NCBI GenBank assembly: GCA_041665145.1
Contig: JBAYJK010000004.1
Span: forward strand, 132,434 to 189,719
DNA: 57,286 bases
Direction: 5' to 3'
Source of the DNA: Patescibacteria group bacterium
GTDB lineage: Bacteria > Patescibacteriota > Microgenomatia > UBA1406
Part shown: piece by piece, positions 1 through 8,229 of the stretch
Position numbering within the stretch: position 1 is the first letter of the stretch
Layout of the letters: the number at the start of each line of letters is the position of its first letter
The notes under the pieces: model-generated
Database searches by the model: none
Seen by the model: the letters and a program-made list of their open reading frames with translations, nothing else
What the model was told of the DNA's origin: nothing
Translations under genes and position numbers: made by a program

Positions 1-41
1 AAAGTGTTTTTTACCGGGCAGCATCGGGAATATTACAGAAT

Positions 42-443
42 ATGTCCGACACGGATGTCGACACACTGGAAAAATTGGATTTCCACATGCCGGCATTTGA
101 ACGGGCGTTTTATAAACTGCAGATAATGAACGGAGAGAAACGGCTCACGGCAGATGAGTCTTATGTTGTTATTGAAACCTTACAAAACGAAAAGCTGACA
201 GACCCTGAAAAAGTATTTTTTTTGCTGGTAGTAGAAGCCGCGCTATTCGTCAAGATCGCAGAAGAACTTGTCGTAAAAGCCAAGAAAGAAGAACTCGCTG
301 TGTTTTTAACAACGTCCGATCTGAAAAACGCAATATCCCAAGTACAAAACTTATTTGCTCTATCCGCAAGCGGATTAGAGACGCTTCTTGAAGAAAAATC
401 ACGCATCCTGCTTTTGGAAATAAGTGCTAGTATATTTTTATAA
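42..443 (+). CDS. hypothetical protein (133 aa, helical)
   Basis: Open ORF whose stop overlaps the next ATG (TAATG at 441-445). No recognisable motif. Confidence 0.6.
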   Translation: MSDTDVDTLEKLDFHMPAFERAFYKLQIMNGEKRLTADESYVVIETLQNEKLTDPEKVFFLLVVEAALFVKIAEELVVKAKKEELAVFLTTSDLKNAISQVQNLFALSASGLETLLEEKSRILLLEISASIFL

Positions 444-1312
444 TGATAACTACAAACACAGCTCAATCGGACGGGGAAAGCAAAGAGAAAACAGTTAACA
501 AACAGCCCGAATCCACACCTCCTCTTTCAACTGAAGAAATAAAAAACAGTGCGCAATCGGCTGCTGATCGATGGAAACATCGCGAATATCATGGCCTCTT
601 GGATAAAATGAAGGCAACTGACGCTCAGAACGCTAAATTTGAGAAACTCGGTGAGGAACTCCGTGCTTTGGAGAGTGTTTACCGTCCGACCAAAGAACAA
701 GCAGCGGAGTTGACGAGAAAACAAATTGAGTATGGCGGAATGCTTTCTGACCGACAAGAAGTTTCGCAATTGAAACGCCCTGATGGAACAGTGAAAACAG
801 CAGAAGAATTTGCAGCAGAGCAGGAGGCACACAAACAAAAAATGGAGGATGAGATGAAAGAAGGGTATGCTCGCCAAGCACAAATTCATGAAGATACTGT
901 AGAGATTGATAAGTTAAGAAGACTAAAGGCTCGATTAGAGCATGAGGGTTCTTTCCCGGGAGTTCGGGAAATGTTGCGGGTGGTGGGATATCTTATTGCA
1001 CCAGAGAAAGATTTGCCAAAAGATAGGGAGATGGAGCTGGCTGTAGAATCTCTGCATGGTTTAGACTGGGCAGAGAAAATGACACGGGCACTTGGTCATA
1101 CCGGGTTTTATGGAGCGGGGTTAATGGGAATTTTGGGAGGCATGGCTTCAGGGTGGCCGGGGTTGGTTGTTGGTACCGGTGTCGGCTTAGGATCGATTGT
1201 CGTCGCTGTGTTGTCTGGTATGGGAATTGAATTTGCCCAGGATGTGCTTTCAGATAGGCCTGACAAAATCATTAAAGAAGCAGAAGAATTACAAAGGAAA
1301 CCGGAAAAATGA
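443..1312 (+). CDS. hypothetical protein: charged coiled coil with C-terminal glycine-zipper TM hairpin
   Basis: E/K/Q-rich N-terminal half followed by GFYGAGLMGILGGMASGWPGLVVGTGVGLGSIVVAVLSG (repeated GxxxG). Translationally coupled to both neighbours. Confidence 0.75.
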   Translation: MITTNTAQSDGESKEKTVNKQPESTPPLSTEEIKNSAQSAADRWKHREYHGLLDKMKATDAQNAKFEKLGEELRALESVYRPTKEQAAELTRKQIEYGGMLSDRQEVSQLKRPDGTVKTAEEFAAEQEAHKQKMEDEMKEGYARQAQIHEDTVEIDKLRRLKARLEHEGSFPGVREMLRVVGYLIAPEKDLPKDREMELAVESLHGLDWAEKMTRALGHTGFYGAGLMGILGGMASGWPGLVVGTGVGLGSIVVAVLSGMGIEFAQDVLSDRPDKIIKEAEELQRKPEK

Positions 1313-1662
1313 AAAATATTCTAATCAAAATGGCGAGTCTGCTGGGAATGTCTTCCACTGAGACAGAGCAGTTTATTGAGGGTTATAATACGCATATATC
1401 GACTCTTTTCTTAAAGAATTCTGGCGTATCAACTAGCAAACTACAGCCGATTCTTAATCAGTCCACAGACATGGAAAAGCGAATACAGAACGTTTGGAAG
1501 GCAATTACCGATAAAAAGGTTTTTGTGAAAGATTTTGATGCCGCGTTACTTGCATTCCATAAGCAGATTTTCGACGAGTTTAAAAAACACGCAAGCAAAG
1601 AACAATTGGTACAGTTGCAAACATATGTCCAAACACTTGAGAAACAGAATTCGCTTGCTTGA
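1309..1662 (+). CDS. hypothetical protein (117 aa)
   Basis: ATGA overlap with the previous gene. No motif. Confidence 0.7.
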   Translation: MKNILIKMASLLGMSSTETEQFIEGYNTHISTLFLKNSGVSTSKLQPILNQSTDMEKRIQNVWKAITDKKVFVKDFDAALLAFHKQIFDEFKKHASKEQLVQLQTYVQTLEKQNSLA

Positions 1663-1713
1663 ATAAATTCTTTACCCGATTAAATATTCACAAACAGGTT
1701 ATACTGTACGCAC

Positions 1714-2340
1714 ATGACTACTAAATCGTTGCAGAGCGTCAGCTATTTCAAAAATCTGGCCGAGGCAGATTTTCGGGAATTGAAAAATATGGTTCAGATA
1801 AAAACCTTAGTGCGAGGTGAAATTCTTATAGAACAAGGCAGTGAAGACAAGAATATATATTATATAGAAAAAGGTCTCGTGCGAGTCTTTAGAACACAGG
1901 TCGATGGCTCAGCGGTTCCTTTCAGCATTATCGGAAAAGGTGAGTTCGTCGGTGAAATGAGTATTTTGGATGGGGGACCGAGAAGTGCTACTGTTGAGGC
2001 ATTGGAGGAAACCAAAGTTCTCATGTTTGACCACCGTCCGTTTCTTATTTTCCTGGAAAAACATCCGGATATCCTCGTGGCTTTGCTGAAAACAGCCGTC
2101 ACTAGGCTGCGCGATATTCATAAGAAAATTGAAGAAGCTGCTTCACTTCCTCTGGTAGACCGTACCTGGAACTCGTTGCAAATCTTGTCTGTGCATTTCC
2201 CTAAAAAAATGATTCCGTTGTCTCACGAAGAGCTTGCAGATATTATCGGCGCCACACGTGCGCGCGTCAGCGAAGCACTCGAAGCTCTTCACAAAGAAGG
2301 CAAGATCAACCTCTCTTATCGCGCAATTACCATCATCTGA
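1714..2340 (+). CDS. Crp/Fnr family transcriptional regulator
   Basis: cNMP-binding domain (GEILIEQG, FVGEMSILDGGPRSATVEA) plus C-terminal wHTH (LSHEELADIIGATRARVSEAL). Confidence 0.95.
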   Translation: MTTKSLQSVSYFKNLAEADFRELKNMVQIKTLVRGEILIEQGSEDKNIYYIEKGLVRVFRTQVDGSAVPFSIIGKGEFVGEMSILDGGPRSATVEALEETKVLMFDHRPFLIFLEKHPDILVALLKTAVTRLRDIHKKIEEAASLPLVDRTWNSLQILSVHFPKKMIPLSHEELADIIGATRARVSEALEALHKEGKINLSYRAITII

Positions 2341-2392
2341 GATTGTTCTTTAAAGAACTGCGCCTCAAGAAGTCCTATTATAGGATACTTGC

Positions 2393-2515
2393 ATGGTAGG
2401 ATTTTTCTCTAAACTATTCCGATTAGTCACCAACAGGTGCATTTTTTGTGGCGGTTCACTGCTCATCTATAGCTACGACAACGCTCACTGTGTCGTATGC
2501 GGAGAAAGAAACTAA
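2393..2515 (+). CDS. 40-aa zinc-ribbon micro-protein (not in ORF track)
   Basis: Hand translation MVGFFSKLFRLVTNRCIFCGGSLLIYSYDNAHCVVCGERN, with two CxxC knuckles (CIFCGG, CVVCG). It fills the intergenic gap, and TAGGAT (2381-2386) lies 6 nt before the ATG. Confidence 0.6.
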   Translation: MVGFFSKLFRLVTNRCIFCGGSLLIYSYDNAHCVVCGERN

Positions 2516-2533
2516 TCATACAACCTGTATGAT
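2515..2533. promoter_or_regulatory. perfect inverted repeat ATCATACA-acc-TGTATGAT upstream of the lctP promoter (candidate operator)
   Basis: 8-bp arms with a 3-nt spacer, ending 7 nt before TTGTCA (2541-2546). Confidence 0.4.
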
Positions 2534-2540
2534 TATATCC

Positions 2541-2569
2541 TTGTCATTTTCACCGGAATATTTAATACT
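2541..2569 (+). promoter_or_regulatory. sigma70-type promoter of lctP (leaderless)
   Basis: TTGTCA-N17-AATACT-N6-ATG(2576). Confidence 0.45.
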
Positions 2570-2575
2570 TAGCAT

Positions 2576-4021
2576 ATGTTTGTTCTAGCACTCATTCCAT
2601 TAGCGCTTTTCACAACACTGCTTGTGTTCACTAAATCCCGCTTGTTGTGGACTTCGCTCCTCACGTTTTTTGTCACCTGCGGTCTTGTTTTTTTTGCTTG
2701 GCATATGAATGCTGCGGCAATACAGACTTCTGTGTGGAAGGGAATTACTATTGCCTTCGATATTCTGCTTATTATTGTAGGGGCTGTTTTTTTTCTAGAG
2801 ACATTAAACAGTGCGCATATTATTCGTCGGCTATGTATTTATCTTGAGACCTTTTCAAAAGATTACCGTATCCAAGCGTTATTACTTGCATGGTTCTTGG
2901 AAAGTTTTTTTGAGGGAACCGCTGGGTTTGGAGCCCCTCTCACTATTGTAGCCCCGCTTTTGGTTGGTATAGGATTAGCGCCGATGCAGGCACTTGTCGT
3001 TACGCTGCTCGGAAACAGTGCGTCGGGAATATTTGGTGCGGCAGGAACTCCGATCAGAACCGGTCTTGCCGGTCTTCCGATTCTCAATGTCCCACTGTAC
3101 GCGGCTACACTCAATTTGGTCGGATTCCTTGTTCCAGTTTTTATGCTGTGGACCGTCACGCGCTCACAGAAAAAAGAAAATGTGCAATTTTTTGAAGCAC
3201 TCCCTTTTGCTCTTGTCTCCGGGCTTGCGTTCGTGGTTCCCTCAGTTTTACTTGTTCCACTTGGCCAGGAGTTTCCAACTATACTCGGCTCTGTTATTGG
3301 CCTGCTCATCATGCTTCTTTTTATCAAGTTCGGATTTCTTGTTCCCAAAACAACACGAACTTTGAAAGAAGAGCATTTGCCTCATGATACTATGCCGCTT
3401 TATAAAGTATTTATACCGTATGGTTTGCTTATATCGCTCATGGTTGGTGGGAAGTTTATGGTCGGATCTTTTAACCCGGGGTTTGCTTTTGTTGTTGCCG
3501 CACTACCCGTATTGCTTCTCTGGAAGGAAAAAACACTATCTATCAAGACTGTTGTCTTAACATCATTAAAGCGATCGTGGGAACCGTTTGTTGTCATTGC
3601 GGCCGTGTCCGCAATGGTGCAATTAATGATTAATTCTGGTCAGAATTCGGCACAGCTTCCCTCTATTCTCGATACCATGACCCGGAATCTGCCATATGAC
3701 ATCCTTCATTTTCTCTCGCCGGCGATTGGCGCTTTTGGAAGTTTTGTGACAGGCTCAACAACCGTCTCTAATATTATGTTTGGCGGACTCCTTAAACAAG
3801 CTGCAGAAAATGCAGGCTATGGCGTCACGCTTATCTTGTCGTTGCAACTTGTCGGAGCGGCTGCCGGCAACATGATATCAATTGCCGATGTGCTGCCGGC
3901 ACAAGCTGTAGTCGGACTAAACGGAAGAGAGCGTGAAGTGATTAGAAAAGTTCTCCTCCCCTGTATCACTTACGTAACACTCATCATTCTTGCCGGAATG
4001 CTGCTAGAAATGGTGCTCTAG
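2576..4021 (+). CDS. lctP: L-lactate permease (LctP family)
   Basis: Multi-TM protein with family motifs FFEGTAGFGAP, FGAAGTP, GSTTVSNIMFG and GAAAGNMIS. Confidence 0.92.
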   Translation: MFVLALIPLALFTTLLVFTKSRLLWTSLLTFFVTCGLVFFAWHMNAAAIQTSVWKGITIAFDILLIIVGAVFFLETLNSAHIIRRLCIYLETFSKDYRIQALLLAWFLESFFEGTAGFGAPLTIVAPLLVGIGLAPMQALVVTLLGNSASGIFGAAGTPIRTGLAGLPILNVPLYAATLNLVGFLVPVFMLWTVTRSQKKENVQFFEALPFALVSGLAFVVPSVLLVPLGQEFPTILGSVIGLLIMLLFIKFGFLVPKTTRTLKEEHLPHDTMPLYKVFIPYGLLISLMVGGKFMVGSFNPGFAFVVAALPVLLLWKEKTLSIKTVVLTSLKRSWEPFVVIAAVSAMVQLMINSGQNSAQLPSILDTMTRNLPYDILHFLSPAIGAFGSFVTGSTTVSNIMFGGLLKQAAENAGYGVTLILSLQLVGAAAGNMISIADVLPAQAVVGLNGREREVIRKVLLPCITYVTLIILAGMLLEMVL

Positions 4022-4029
4022 CTGGTTGT

Positions 4030-4072
4030 TGTGCTTTCAATCACATAAATTCGGAAGACCGTTCACTATAAT
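4030..4072 (+). promoter_or_regulatory. CRP-like box centred at -41.5 plus TATAAT -10 (class II geometry)
   Basis: TGTGC-TTTCAA-TCACA at 4030-4045, TATAAT at 4067-4072, ATG at 4079 (predicted +1). Confidence 0.5.
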
Positions 4073-4078
4073 TTGGTC

Positions 4079-4798
4079 ATGAAAAAAATACTCCGTGGCT
4101 TGCTCGTCGTCGTGGTTTTATTGGTTATCTGCTTCGTGCTTGTCTTGGGACTTCTCGGTTTTATTCCAGGAATTTCAAGCGTCTTCGGAAGCAACAAACC
4201 CCGTAATCTCGGCGTAACTTTCACAGAGCGGGACCATGATAACGCATACAAAAAGAATGGTGTTGCGGCTTTTCCGATACTTGCATCCAGCGACATAACG
4301 GACAGCATCCGTTATGAGGGGGAAAAAGAGATTATTTTTTCCATGAATTCTGCTGAGATTACTGCGTTAATAAATAATAATGACTGGAAATATATGCCAA
4401 TATCTCATGTCCAAATACGCGTAGACAATGATAACGGCGAGGTTTCAGGAATTCTACATATAGATAAAATACTGCCGTTTATTTCGCTTACACATTCCAC
4501 TGATCAAGTAAAAACAGCTATGAAGAAATACCACATAGCGGGCAACCCACCCTTCTACGTAAAAGGGAAAGTGCTCGTCACCAACAATCAGGTTACATTG
4601 AAACCCGAAAAGGTTGAGATAGGCAGGTTAACCATACCGGCCTTTCTTATCGACCAAAATATCTCCGCATTAACAGACTTTATTGAAAGAAGAATCGCTA
4701 ACGTTCCGAACCTATTAATCCGCTCGTTGCGTTTATACAATAACAGCGTCAATTTCAACGGAACCGTGCCGGAAAAGGAATTTAAGGCAGAAAAATGA
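4079..4798 (+). CDS. membrane-anchored extracytoplasmic hypothetical protein
   Basis: N-terminal KK plus long hydrophobic helix, then a beta-rich soluble domain. Start moved to ATG 4079. Confidence 0.8.
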   Translation: MKKILRGLLVVVVLLVICFVLVLGLLGFIPGISSVFGSNKPRNLGVTFTERDHDNAYKKNGVAAFPILASSDITDSIRYEGEKEIIFSMNSAEITALINNNDWKYMPISHVQIRVDNDNGEVSGILHIDKILPFISLTHSTDQVKTAMKKYHIAGNPPFYVKGKVLVTNNQVTLKPEKVEIGRLTIPAFLIDQNISALTDFIERRIANVPNLLIRSLRLYNNSVNFNGTVPEKEFKAEK

Positions 4799-4823
4799 TA
4801 TAGTGTAAGCAAACTCACTTATC

Positions 4824-5294
4824 ATGAAACGAGCGACGCTGTGTTTTCTACTTAAAGAACAATCTGTTTGTTTGGCAATGAAAAAAAGAGGTTTTGGCGT
4901 GGGAAACTGGAATGGTAGCGGTGGTAAGATAGGTGATAAGGAAGGCTATGAAAAAGAATCCGTGACAGATGCAACTATCAGAGAAGTCCGGGAAGAATTG
5001 GGAGTAACCATTAATAAACTCGTTCCTCGAGGGGAAATATATTTTGAATTTCTTCATAACCCTGAATGGGATGCAATTGTTTACATTTTTACTTCCAAAA
5101 ATTGGGTGGGAAACCCTACCGAAAGCGACGAGATGCGGCCGCAGTGGTTTAATTATGCAGATATTCCTTATGACCAAATGTGGGATGCTGACAGAATTTG
5201 GTTACCTAAAGTCCTTTCTGGAAAAAGCGTATTTGCCAGATTTGTGTTTAATGCCACAAATAGGGTTGTCCGCCATTCCCTGAGGACAAAGTAG
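4824..5294 (+). CDS. NUDIX hydrolase, MutT/MTH1-like 8-oxo-dGTPase
   Basis: KKRGFGVGNWNGSGGK...REVREELG Nudix box (about 5-aa insertion), ESDEMRPQWF and MWDADRIW motifs. Confidence 0.9.
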   Translation: MKRATLCFLLKEQSVCLAMKKRGFGVGNWNGSGGKIGDKEGYEKESVTDATIREVREELGVTINKLVPRGEIYFEFLHNPEWDAIVYIFTSKNWVGNPTESDEMRPQWFNYADIPYDQMWDADRIWLPKVLSGKSVFARFVFNATNRVVRHSLRTK

Positions 5295-5364
5295 TACAAA
5301 ATGTCTCTAGCAATGCCAGAAATATTCCACTATACTGAATATAGTTAAAAGTTTTTTAATCACT

Positions 5365-5523
5365 ATGAAAATTAAAAAAATCCTTGCCATGGTAGCTGCA
5401 GCTGTTGGACTTTCTGTTGGTGGTTATGCTCTTGCCAAAGAGGTAACTAAAAAACCAGTCAAAAAGGCTGCTCCAAAAAAAGTACCAGCAAAAAAAGCTA
5501 AAAAGGCCAAAAAGTCGAAATAA
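5365..5523 (+). CDS. 52-aa signal-peptide protein with histone-H1-like Lys/Ala/Pro tail (not in ORF track)
   Basis: Hand translation MKIKKILAMVAAAVGLSVGGYALAKEVTKKPVKKAAPKKVPAKKAKKAKKSK. Fills the intergenic gap. Confidence 0.7.
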   Translation: MKIKKILAMVAAAVGLSVGGYALAKEVTKKPVKKAAPKKVPAKKAKKAKKSK

Positions 5524-5540
5524 CTTAGAAAAATAATTTG

Positions 5541-5939
5541 ATGGTGAAAGCGAAAGATCAAAAAATTTTGGATCGGTATAAACACCAGAATCCGTGGGGT
5601 ATGTCCATGTCTGTTGATTTATATGATTGTAATCCCAAAACCATCCGTAGCAGAAAAAGCATAGCTGAGTTTGTCGATGCATTGTGCAAATTAATCAAAG
5701 TAACGAAATTTGGAAAGACTGTTATTGTCAACTTTGGAGAAAACAAACGGGTCGCAGGATATTCTATGACCCAACTTATCGAAACATCGCTTATTTCGGG
5801 ACATTTTGCCAATGAGTCGAATTGCGTATATCTTGATATCTTCAGCTGTAAAGAGTATCCTCCCCATGAAGCTGCAGCATTCTGTAAATCTTTTTTTGAA
5901 GCAAAAAAAATGCGTTCCAAAATAACATTCCGGCAATAA
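5541..5939 (+). CDS. S-adenosylmethionine decarboxylase-like proenzyme (SpeD/SpeH fold)
   Basis: VDLYDC, GYSMTQLIETSLISGH (pyruvoyl-Ser region) and YLDIFSCK motifs. Confidence 0.85.
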   Translation: MVKAKDQKILDRYKHQNPWGMSMSVDLYDCNPKTIRSRKSIAEFVDALCKLIKVTKFGKTVIVNFGENKRVAGYSMTQLIETSLISGHFANESNCVYLDIFSCKEYPPHEAAAFCKSFFEAKKMRSKITFRQ

Positions 5940-5940
5940 T

Positions 5941-6543
5941 ATGATCAAGGTTATTCTTTTTGATGTTGATGGGGTGATTGTCCATACAGAGCGTTTCAGT
6001 ATACATTTTTCTCGAGAATATAATATTCCCTTAGATATTGTCTTGCAGTTTTTTACCGGGGAGCTTAAAGATTGTGTCGCGGGAAAGGCGGATCTAAAAG
6101 TAGAACTCAAGAAGTACCTTGGTAAATGGAATTGGAATGGAACTGTTGAGGACTTCCTTCATTACTGGTTTACCACAGAGCACAAAATTGACCAAACACT
6201 TGTAACCTATGTTCAGAAATTAAGAGAAAGCGGAATCCGATGTTATGTTGCGACTAATCAGGAAAAGCACCGTACACAGTATATGCTCAAAGAAATGGGT
6301 TTTGAAAAAAGTTTTGATGGAGTATTTTCGTCATCAACAATCGGCTTTAGAAAACCTCATAAAAGTTTTTTCAATCATATTTTAGTGAAATTGGAGGGAG
6401 TTAAACCTTCGGAAATCTTGTTTTGGGACAATAGTCCTGAACATGTTCAGGTCGCCAATAATCTTGGTATTCGTGGAGAAGTGTACACAAACTTCCCAAT
6501 GTTTGTTAAGACAATGGAAAAGTATAAAAAAGTTTCACGTTAA
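5941..6543 (+). CDS. HAD-family hydrolase (phosphatase)
   Basis: Motif I FDVDGV, motif II ATN, motif III RKP, motif IV WDNS. Confidence 0.92.
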   Translation: MIKVILFDVDGVIVHTERFSIHFSREYNIPLDIVLQFFTGELKDCVAGKADLKVELKKYLGKWNWNGTVEDFLHYWFTTEHKIDQTLVTYVQKLRESGIRCYVATNQEKHRTQYMLKEMGFEKSFDGVFSSSTIGFRKPHKSFFNHILVKLEGVKPSEILFWDNSPEHVQVANNLGIRGEVYTNFPMFVKTMEKYKKVSR

Positions 6544-7386
6544 TCACGCCAGAAGCAAAACTCCCATGGTCACCAATGTGGTAGCGACGAGTTTCTTTTT
6601 CATATTTTTTCGCTCCCCCAAAAATATAGCAGAGAAGAGCACAACTAAAACTATTTCCGACCTGGTAATCGGGGCCATTTGAGAAACGCCGGCGCCTTTT
6701 GAAAGCGCTAAATAATAGGTTATTGCTTGGATTGAGTAGAAGAAACAATATGACAGCATGTTCTTTAAGGTTTTAGGTATTAATAATTCTTTTAATTGGA
6801 GCAGCGCCCGCGGTTTAGCAACAGATAAAATAACTCCCGGCAAAAAAGACATAAGCGCAACATAAGATACGGGATCGTACACCCGGATTACATACATATC
6901 ATTAACACCCGCAAGGGCGTACAAAACCGCTGACCCGATCGCATACCATGCCCCGTTGGAAAAATGCAATTTCTTCCCGGTGTATAAATAAATAATCGAT
7001 CCCAATATTAGTACCGCCCCAATGAAACGGGAAAAACCAAATAGTTCATGTAACAGGAAAACTCCCAGAACAATTGAGACAACCGAGCCGATGGTTGAAA
7101 CTATCGTCAACTCTGATGCTCCGATTTTCTTTGCTGCAGTAAAACCCAAGTATGTCCCGGTTCCATATAAAACAGCGCTGAACAGATAGCGTGGCCAAAG
7201 CGAAAGCGGAGGAATAACAAAGCCCTGATAGAGAGCGTATATCATGATGATAAAAGCAAGAGTAAATTGAAAGAAAATCGAAGACGCAATCGGATTACTG
7301 TCTTCTTCCTTCATGGTGACTCGCAGGTAAAGAACGGAAACAGAGAGCGACAGAGTGCTTATTACCGCAAGAGTGAACCACGACAT
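6544..7386 (-). CDS. EamA/DMT family transporter
   Basis: 280 aa, about 10 TM in two EamA-like repeats, C-terminal FLGER motif. Confidence 0.88.
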   Translation of the reverse strand: MSWFTLAVISTLSLSVSVLYLRVTMKEEDSNPIASSIFFQFTLAFIIMIYALYQGFVIPPLSLWPRYLFSAVLYGTGTYLGFTAAKKIGASELTIVSTIGSVVSIVLGVFLLHELFGFSRFIGAVLILGSIIYLYTGKKLHFSNGAWYAIGSAVLYALAGVNDMYVIRVYDPVSYVALMSFLPGVILSVAKPRALLQLKELLIPKTLKNMLSYCFFYSIQAITYYLALSKGAGVSQMAPITRSEIVLVVLFSAIFLGERKNMKKKLVATTLVTMGVLLLA

Positions 7387-7404
7387 TCGTTTATTGTAAC
7401 AAAT

Positions 7405-7767
7405 CTATCTCACGAAAATCATTTTCACTGCGATAAAAAGTATCAGGAATCCAAAAATTCTGGTGAGCACATGCGCCGGAATTTGTGTCATAACCCGTGC
7501 ACCGATCAGGCTGCCAAGAATAAATCCGAGTGCAATAAAAAGAGCTGCATGAATATTCACATACCCATGTTTGTAGTAAGACAAAACAGCAAGTAACCCA
7601 AGCGGGGGGACCAACAGAGCAAGAGTTGTTCCTTGCGCCTGCTGCTGTGCAAATCCAAATAAGAAAACGAGCGCCGGTACGATAATTACCCCACCACCAA
7701 TTCCGATAAGTCCGCTGAGTATTCCAGCAACAACTCCGAGAAGCATGAGACCGATGATAACCTGCAT
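7405..7767 (-). CDS. half-size TauE/SafE (TSUP) family transporter
   Basis: AGILSGLIGIGGGVIIVPAL...AQGTTL and GSLIGA motifs. Start moved to ATG 7767 (MQVIIG), with TATACT 7 nt upstream. Confidence 0.85.
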   Translation of the reverse strand: MQVIIGLMLLGVVAGILSGLIGIGGGVIIVPALVFLFGFAQQQAQGTTLALLVPPLGLLAVLSYYKHGYVNIHAALFIALGFILGSLIGARVMTQIPAHVLTRIFGFLILFIAVKMIFVR

Positions 7768-7821
7768 GAGAAGAAGTATATGGATTTTAGAAACAAATGC
7801 AAGCAGTTCGGATTGTTCTGA

Positions 7822-7837
7822 CGTGATGTTCGTCACC
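7822..7837. promoter_or_regulatory. CRP-like box centred at -61.5 of the TSUP gene promoter (class I geometry)
   Basis: CGTGA-TGTTCG-TCACC. Minus-strand -10 TATACT at 7780-7775 gives a predicted +1 at 7768. Confidence 0.4.
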
Positions 7838-7849
7838 ATAAACAACAGG

Positions 7850-8200
7850 TCAGAATCCCAGCGCTTCCTTAATGGTGAGCCAGAACTTGCCCCAAAAACC
7901 GGCTTTTTGAAACCGGTTGTATGCCTGTTTTTTATAGTAGTCATCCGTACCGTAATAGGGAGGATCTATCCAGCATGATATAACCACTTTTTCCCCTTTT
8001 TCATTCACTTTGACAATCGCCGTCACCTTCGACTTGCCAAAACGCTTTTCATATTCAGTAGTTCCGGATTGCTTTCCATCCCGATACGTATCATATTGCA
8101 CAACCGCGGACCACGCCATCTCTTGATTTAACCCACGTTGACCGATCCGTTCAAGCGCATGGTTCGTCCAAATAAGATCTCCGTACGTATTTGATGCCAT
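7850..8200 (-). CDS. DUF4258-like (RelE/BECR-like) domain protein
   Basis: WTNHALERIGQRGL helix and VVISCW terminal strand. Start moved to ATG 8200 (TACAAT-N6-ATG). Confidence 0.65.
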   Translation of the reverse strand: MASNTYGDLIWTNHALERIGQRGLNQEMAWSAVVQYDTYRDGKQSGTTEYEKRFGKSKVTAIVKVNEKGEKVVISCWIDPPYYGTDDYYKKQAYNRFQKAGFWGKFWLTIKEALGF

Positions 8201-8229
8201 GCACCTATTGTACCTAAAAATTCGGCCAC

